From: Chloroflexota bacterium
Lineage (GTDB): Bacteria; Chloroflexota; Dehalococcoidia; Lucifugimonadales; GCA-002723415
Length of the DNA: 64,000 nucleotides
Assembly: GCA_002721445.1 (NCBI GenBank)
Contig: PBKN01000012.1
Location: forward strand, 8,362 to 72,361
Direction of reading: 5' to 3'
The notes under the pieces are model-generated. The model searched no databases, was not told where the DNA came from, and saw only the letters and a program-made list of their open reading frames with translations. The stretch's first letter is position 1. Every line of letters begins with the position of its first letter. Shown piece after piece: positions 58,763 to 64,000 of the stretch. The translations under genes and the position numbers were made by a program.

Positions 58763-59586
58763 TGAATAAATTAGCATTTTTAGGACCTATAGGATCTTTT
58801 TCACAAGAAGCTGCAATAAGTTACAACAAGAACCTAGAGCTTTTAAGCTGTAATTCAATTCCTCAAGTAATTGAAAAAGTTAAAAATGGTTTAGCCAACG
58901 AAGCTATATTGCCAATTGAAAACAGTATTGAAGGATCAGTAACTTCAACTATAGATTTATTAATCCAAGAAACTAAATTAAAAATCAAAACTGAAATTGT
59001 AATTCCTATAGAACATTGTCTTTTAATAAAAGATGAAACCAAATTAGAAAATATTCAACATGTCTATTCTCATCCTCAAGCCTTATCACAATGCAGAAAA
59101 TTTTTAACAGATAATACACCTAATGCAGAATTAATTGCATCATTAAGTACATCTAACGCAGTTGAAGAAATGAAAAAATCAAAATATATTTCTGCAGCTA
59201 TTGCTAATCAAAAATGTGCTTCAATATATAATGTAAAAGTGATATCAAAAAAAATTAGTGATAACAAAAACAATTACACAAGATTTATTATTTTGTCAGA
59301 TAGAGATAATAAAAATACCGGAAAAGATAAAACATCAATCTGCTTTGATTTTTCTAATGATTCTCCAGGAATTCTTTATATGGTTTTAGAAAAATTTGCA
59401 AAACAAAACATTAACCTAACAAAAATAGAATCTAGGCCAAGCAAAACTAATCTAGGAAATTATATATTTCTTATAGACCTTGAGGGGCATAGATCAGATG
59501 AAATTGTTAATAAGTGTTTTAATCAAGTTAAACCACTAGTGTCAATGTTCAAAATATTAGGTTCATATCCAAAATTTAATATATAA
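58762..59586 (+). CDS. pheA: Prephenate dehydratase with ACT domain
   Basis: 274 aa. AFLGPIGSFSQEAA, TRF (NYTRFIIL) and ESRPS (IESRPSK) motifs. TAATG overlap with the upstream gene. Confidence 0.92.
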   Translation: MNKLAFLGPIGSFSQEAAISYNKNLELLSCNSIPQVIEKVKNGLANEAILPIENSIEGSVTSTIDLLIQETKLKIKTEIVIPIEHCLLIKDETKLENIQHVYSHPQALSQCRKFLTDNTPNAELIASLSTSNAVEEMKKSKYISAAIANQKCASIYNVKVISKKISDNKNNYTRFIILSDRDNKNTGKDKTSICFDFSNDSPGILYMVLEKFAKQNINLTKIESRPSKTNLGNYIFLIDLEGHRSDEIVNKCFNQVKPLVSMFKILGSYPKFNI

Positions 59587-59591
59587 AAAAA

Positions 59592-59954
59592 TTAAATTGA
59601 CTTAGTTTGATCTCTTTCAGTATCTAAATCAATTTCATCAATCTCTGAAAATAAATCAACTTCGCTTTGAGTTAAATCGTTATCTATTGTTTTTTGTTTT
59701 TTTATTTGGTCATTTAGGCTTTCTACTACTGGGGAAATTACATCCTTTAACTCATCTACTACAGGGCTTAAACCTTCCTTCAAAATAGCTGCCAATTCTT
59801 CTCCCCTAGACTTCCAAATTTCACTTTGTTCAGCCAATTCAACACGAGTTTCAGATCCAGGCTTTGGGGCAATTAATATCCCCAAAACAGTTCCAACTAA
59901 ACCTCCAAACATAAATCCTAACATTGAAGAGCCTCCATTATCTTTTTTAGCCAT
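59592..59954 (-). CDS. YtxH-domain protein
   Basis: GFMFGGLVGTVLGILIAPKPGSETR is the YtxH motif. ATG 59954 (MAKKDNGG) overlaps the upstream stop (ATGGCTAA). The longer track ORF start is implausible. Confidence 0.65.
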   Translation of the reverse strand: MAKKDNGGSSMLGFMFGGLVGTVLGILIAPKPGSETRVELAEQSEIWKSRGEELAAILKEGLSPVVDELKDVISPVVESLNDQIKKQKTIDNDLTQSEVDLFSEIDEIDLDTERDQTKSI

Positions 59955-60252
59955 TTTTTTCCTCTGTATCTTCTTTATCTGAATTTTTAAATCCTGAAAA
60001 AAATGATATAAATCTAGAAAATCCAAAACCTAATTTTGATCCTTCAGTTACAGGATTAATAAATTTTTGAGAAAATTTTGTAGTTATACCATCTACTTGT
60101 TCAGAGATATTATCAAATGATTCTAATAATTTCAAAACTCGTCTAAATATTATAACTCCCATAATTAAAATTATTACAGATACTATAATTAGAGTGAAGT
60201 CACGTATTATAACTAATGTTTGTGCAAATTCATTCAATTTCCACCTCAACAA
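59947..60252 (-). CDS. Small single-TM protein (DUF948-like partner of YtxH)
   Basis: About 97-101 aa. One N-terminal TM helix then a helical region. Translationally coupled to the YtxH gene. A TTG at 60240 after GAGGTGG is a likely start. Confidence 0.45.
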   Translation of the reverse strand: MLRWKLNEFAQTLVIIRDFTLIIVSVIILIMGVIIFRRVLKLLESFDNISEQVDGITTKFSQKFINPVTEGSKLGFGFSRFISFFSGFKNSDKEDTEEKNG

Positions 60253-60303
60253 TTACAATGATTTTAACATTTATAAATTTGCTTAACAATAAATATTATT
60301 TAA

Positions 60304-61290
60304 TTATGGTGATATCAGAATCCTGACGAAACCTTTTTCATCTTTTCTTTGAGTTAAAATACTATGTTTTTCTTTCTCTACCCACATTAATATGTCATAA
60401 GTATTCAATACATCTGGAATTACAACTTCAATAAAGGAATCAGATTTATTATTTATTTCTTGAGACAAAGCAGCTATTATACCTGCACAAGTTTTTCCTG
60501 TACCATCAATTACTTTCCATCCATTTGATTCATTAATATTTTTGTTTAGTACACTTATATCTTCTAATACTTCAATATCACCAGACTTACGTAATTCTAC
60601 TTGACGTTTAAATTCAGCTACTGATTCAGAATACACTCCGTTATCTCTATCTCCTTTAGAACACACTGCCCCTCTAACTCCAACAATATCAGGGTTTACC
60701 CTTGTTAATTCATCTAAATCAGACATTTTAAGATGTCCTGATAAAGCAGTACTCATACCATCGGATTTTCCTTCCATTACAATATCTCTTAGCTCTACTT
60801 CAGATAGAAAATCAAACAAATTCCTTCCATCTTTTGTCAAAGTATCTATAAGCCAACCATCACATTTGCCATCTCTAGCTAATTTAGGCATTAAATGAGG
60901 ATCCAATCCTCCATCATATAGAACATTATCAGCAAAAAGTGAACCAATTAACTTTGTCTCTGTACCTTCTAACGCTTCTTTTGAAGCTTGAAGAACTTCA
61001 ACAGACTTATCATAATCCGCTTGCATAAAACCAACTTTTACAGAAGTAGCTTTCATCTGTCCAGCAGCCCAAACAGCCATAGCAACTGTTCCTTCTTGAT
61101 TTGGTACTACTCCTAAAGTTAACGAAGCATGAATATCAGCAGGAACAGCTTTTCTTACATCTTTAAATATATTTGGCTTAGCAGATCCCACTAAAGCTTC
61201 TTGTAGGTTTTTAACATCAACTATATCTGCTCCACCTTTCATAGCTTCATATGCTTCTTTTAAATTTTGAACACTAACCATTAATATCAT
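60304..61290 (-). CDS. 4-HFC-P synthase (MfnB)-like class I aldolase fused to C-terminal TusA/SirA-like domain
   Basis: aa 1-235: MILMVS..GGADIVDVKN (D25, K27), SVKVG (K85), LIDTLTKDG (D149), ALSGH and DIVGVRGAVCSKGDR match the MfnB family pattern. aa 257-328: KVIDGTGKTCAGIIAALSQEI...FIEVVIPD...DILMWVEKEKHSIL...FVRILI follows the TusA fold pattern. Confidence 0.7.
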   Translation of the reverse strand: MILMVSVQNLKEAYEAMKGGADIVDVKNLQEALVGSAKPNIFKDVRKAVPADIHASLTLGVVPNQEGTVAMAVWAAGQMKATSVKVGFMQADYDKSVEVLQASKEALEGTETKLIGSLFADNVLYDGGLDPHLMPKLARDGKCDGWLIDTLTKDGRNLFDFLSEVELRDIVMEGKSDGMSTALSGHLKMSDLDELTRVNPDIVGVRGAVCSKGDRDNGVYSESVAEFKRQVELRKSGDIEVLEDISVLNKNINESNGWKVIDGTGKTCAGIIAALSQEINNKSDSFIEVVIPDVLNTYDILMWVEKEKHSILTQRKDEKGFVRILISP

Positions 61291-61306
61291 AATTTATTAC
61301 CACCTA

Positions 61307-62317
61307 TTAATATTTTTTAAGATTTAAAAGATCTAAAGCTGAAGGACGAAAGTCTTTCAAATCCGCTTTAAGCTCTAATTTATCAGAATCACTCATGTTT
61401 AATAATGGATTCCTAACATGTCCACCAGCCATACCCATTAATTCTCCCCAATATTTACATAAAGAAACTGGCAAGACTCCATTCATACTGCTCACTATTC
61501 GAGGCCACCATTTATCAGATATTGATTTTATTGGACGTATTTTTAAATCATAAAAATCTTGATCAATATTTCCTTCTATAGCTTTATCAATAAATTGAAC
61601 ATAATTATTTTTCCCTGGCATGTCAAATCTCCAATCAGACGTATTTGCAAACATAACACGTTGTTGAAAACCCAATTCTTTACCTTTAGCAAATATCCAT
61701 TCATCTGGAGTACTTATTAATACTTTATCTCCTAATAAAATATGAGTATCTATTGATAGCTGTTTATTAAAACTAGCTTCCTTAACTCCAACTACATTTG
61801 GAATATCGCAAATCTTTTTCAAACCTTCAGGTGACATAACAATTCCAAATTGAGGAGAATTATAAAACATTATAGCTAGAGATGTATTTTCAGCTAATAT
61901 TTTTACAAATTCTACTACTTGTTGCTCAGTTTTAGTAACCATATATGGCGCAGCTACCATTAACAAATCAAATCCTAAAGATTCAACATGGCTTGCTAAA
62001 TTAAGCATTTCTTTTACAGATGTATGGGTAACATGAGCTCCAATCATCCAATTGCCTTTAGATTCGTCAGCAAGAATATCATATATCTGAATTTTCTCAG
62101 AAAAGGTTAAACTCCAAAATTCCCCCATACCCCAAGTACACCCTACTCCACTAGTACCCAATGAACGAATACGTCTAATATTTTTTCTTAACCCACCTTC
62201 GTCAATGAGGTCATCTTCAGTAAAAGGGGATATTAATGTAGACCATTGGCCTTTAACATTATATCTAGCCCATTCCTTAGATTCACTTTTACTATATGAT
62301 GGCAATAAAACCTCCAA
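61307..62317 (-). CDS. DapA/N-acetylneuraminate-lyase family class I aldolase
   Basis: 336 aa. TIM-barrel aldolase pattern with the Schiff-base lysine motif VVGVKEAS. The likely start is TTG 62305, 5 nt after GGAGG. Confidence 0.75.
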   Translation of the reverse strand: MEVLLPSYSKSESKEWARYNVKGQWSTLISPFTEDDLIDEGGLRKNIRRIRSLGTSGVGCTWGMGEFWSLTFSEKIQIYDILADESKGNWMIGAHVTHTSVKEMLNLASHVESLGFDLLMVAAPYMVTKTEQQVVEFVKILAENTSLAIMFYNSPQFGIVMSPEGLKKICDIPNVVGVKEASFNKQLSIDTHILLGDKVLISTPDEWIFAKGKELGFQQRVMFANTSDWRFDMPGKNNYVQFIDKAIEGNIDQDFYDLKIRPIKSISDKWWPRIVSSMNGVLPVSLCKYWGELMGMAGGHVRNPLLNMSDSDKLELKADLKDFRPSALDLLNLKKY

Positions 62318-62397
62318 AACAAATTATTTTAATCAAAGCATGATTTGACTAAATTTAAAATGGTAATTAAATTAAGTAAAAACGCTAGATAATTACT

Positions 62398-62589
62398 TTA
62401 AGCTTTACTCGATACTTTACTTTGATTCCTAAGACACTTAGTACATATACTGACTTGTCGTAAAACACCTTTATCATTTATCTTAGATTTTTGAATATTA
62501 GCCAGTGAACGTGTTCGAGTACGTTTTTTCGAATGACTAACATTATTTCCATACATTCCAGATTTAAGACAAATTTCACACCTAGCCAT
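62398..62589 (-). CDS. rpmB: 50S ribosomal protein L28
   Basis: 63 aa. MARCEICLKSGMYGNNVSHSKKRTRTR matches the L28 N-terminus. Confidence 0.93.
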   Translation of the reverse strand: MARCEICLKSGMYGNNVSHSKKRTRTRSLANIQKSKINDKGVLRQVSICTKCLRNQSKVSSKA

Positions 62590-62686
62590 AATTCTCCTTT
62601 GACTGTTAATGATGTATTAAGTAGAATCCATATAAATAAAAATTATATATATATATAATAACTAAATAAAATAGATTAGGCAATTG

Positions 62687-64000
62687 ATGAAAATTATTAA
62701 TAATGTAAAAAATTCAAACTCTTTTAACGGCAACAATCTCACCCAAATGTTTATTTATAGTAAGTACTACTTAGAAAAACATGTTGACACTTTAAATTCT
62801 TTAAATGTATTTCCAGTACCAGATGGAGATACTGGAACAAATATGCTTATAACGATTAGAGAAGTTCTTAAGTCAATTGAAAATGACAATAACCCTTCTG
62901 CATCTCATATTTCAAAAACAATGTCTGAAGCTGCTTTAATGGGCGCAAAAGGCAATAGTGGAGTCATATTGTCTCAATTTTTTAAAGGCTTTGAATCAGC
63001 TCTTAAATCAAAACATAATTTTGGATACGAAGAATTTATAATATCTTTAGAATATGCAGTCAAATATTGCTACAAATCCGTAGGAACACCAACTGAAGGA
63101 ACAATACTAACAATTATAAATGTAGCAGCAAAAACAGCTAGGAAATTATATGAAAATGGCACTCCACTTAATGAAATAATTACTCATACTTGTAAAGATG
63201 TAAAAACTTCAGTTCTAAAAACGCCTGAATCTCTAGAAGTTTTAAAAAATGCAGGAGTTATAGATTCAGGAGCATTAGGCTTATATATAATATTAGAAGG
63301 TATAAGAATATATTTAGAAGGAGGAGATTTAAAATCATCAAATATTGACTTTCCAGAAAATTTAAACAAGGCTCCAATAAATCTATCTAACTCATCTTCA
63401 GAAAATATGTTAGACCAAAGCCATGACAAATATGGTAATTGCGTACAGTTTTTTATTTTATCTAATACAATAAATATAGATGAAGTGAAAAAAGAAATTG
63501 AAAAAATAGGTTCATCTCTTGTAGCTGTTGGAAGTGATACTAAAATCAAAATCCATGTCCATTCTGAATCACCTGATAAATTAATTAAAATAGCAAGTAA
63601 ATTTGGTGAAATAACTCAAATTTCTATTGAAGATATGGATGAACAACACCATCAAATTATTTCAAAAGCGAAAAACACCTCTGAAACAATATTATTTTCA
63701 ATATCATCTGGGGAAAAAATTAATAATATATTTACAGAATTTGGAGCAATAAACTTTGATATACAAGAAAATAATTATACTAAAGACAAAATGGAATCTA
63801 TAATATTAAAATCAAAATTTAAAAATGCGATTTTATTGATGAATGGATTTACACTCCCACTTGATTCTAAAATCTTTTCAAACAAATTTATTCACATATT
63901 AAATACTAACAATATAGCTGATGGTATTGCAGCTATACTTAATTATAATCCTGAATTAATGATTGACGAGAACATATCTAACATGGAATCATCATATAAA
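62687..64000 (+). CDS. yloV: DAK2 domain fusion protein YloV, 3'-truncated by window edge
   Basis: Not in the ORF track because there is no stop before the window end. I translated ATG 62687 through 64000 by hand with no stop (438 codons). LNVFPVPDGDTGTNM, GAKGNSGVILSQFF, GTPTEGTILT and AGVIDSGALG motifs. Divergent from rpmB, as in many Gram-positive-type genomes. Confidence 0.85.
   Translation, partial: MKIINNVKNSNSFNGNNLTQMFIYSKYYLEKHVDTLNSLNVFPVPDGDTGTNMLITIREVLKSIENDNNPSASHISKTMSEAALMGAKGNSGVILSQFFKGFESALKSKHNFGYEEFIISLEYAVKYCYKSVGTPTEGTILTIINVAAKTARKLYENGTPLNEIITHTCKDVKTSVLKTPESLEVLKNAGVIDSGALGLYIILEGIRIYLEGGDLKSSNIDFPENLNKAPINLSNSSSENMLDQSHDKYGNCVQFFILSNTINIDEVKKEIEKIGSSLVAVGSDTKIKIHVHSESPDKLIKIASKFGEITQISIEDMDEQHHQIISKAKNTSETILFSISSGEKINNIFTEFGAINFDIQENNYTKDKMESIILKSKFKNAILLMNGFTLPLDSKIFSNKFIHILNTNNIADGIAAILNYNPELMIDENISNMESSYK

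Noticed and set aside
62333-62348. Imperfect 16-bp palindrome TCAAAGCATGATTTGA between rpmB and the DapA-family gene
   Set aside because: It has one mismatched pair, an AT-rich stem and no loop or T-tract. This is insufficient for a terminator or operator call.
63184-63549. 121-aa ORF on the minus strand
   Set aside because: It lies entirely antisense within the YloV (DAK2) reading frame, which has strong family motifs. Its low-complexity, F/I/S-rich sequence is typical of shadow ORFs in AT-rich DNA.
1-64000. Scan for CRISPR repeats, IS/transposase, integrase, toxin-antitoxin pairs, restriction-modification or other defence genes, rRNA or other structured RNAs
   Set aside because: There are no periodic direct repeats, no nuclease/ATPase/methylase-type ORFs and no spacer longer than about 230 nt. 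Apart from tRNA-Glu, nothing supports such features.

Overview
This is an AT-rich (about 30% GC by eye), extremely gene-dense bacterial chromosomal window. It holds about 60 CDS and one tRNA-Glu. Most intergenic spacers are under 60 nt, and many gene pairs overlap by 1-14 nt. I found no rRNA, CRISPR array, IS element, integrase, phage gene or recognisable defence gene.

Most of the content is housekeeping and biosynthesis:
- secA, valS, leuS, prs, tsaD, rpe, rpmB, nth, leuB, pheA and glcB
- a split arginine cluster: argC at 23.5 kb, then argJ-argB-[UPF0182]-argD-argG-[MaoC]-argH at 36.5-45.8 kb
- a UbiD/UbiA/UbiX prenylation-decarboxylation module
- a TrkH/TrkA K+ uptake operon
- hydantoinase/oxoprolinase A/B

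The gene content (UPF0182, CofE/F420, YloV-rpmB, YtxH) fits a streamlined marine Actinobacteriota- or Chloroflexota-like lineage. That placement is inference only.

There is no obvious novel multi-gene system such as a defence island. The items most worth a second look are:
1. A 4-HFC-P synthase (MfnB)-like aldolase fused to a TusA/SirA-like domain, next to a DapA-family aldolase (60.3-62.3 kb).
2. A CinA/PncC-like plus NadD-like fusion protein (52.5-53.7 kb).
3. An accessory-looking catabolic cluster at 27.3-32.9 kb (RidA, amidohydrolase, ABM-like protein, EctD-like dioxygenase, two DSD1/D-threonine-aldolase-like paralogs). Its amidohydrolase has foreign codon usage and is flanked by the two longest spacers in the window. 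One PLP paralog appears to lack the Schiff-base lysine.
4. Two genes (argB and a USP-like gene) whose conserved N-termini can only be reached from an in-frame ATT codon with a well-spaced Shine-Dalgarno.
5. An orphan molybdopterin hydroxylase large subunit followed by a cysteine-free tandem-duplicated protein.
6. A Trk operon extended by a USP and two N-domain-only RCK proteins.

All family calls come from motif recognition by eye. No searches were run.
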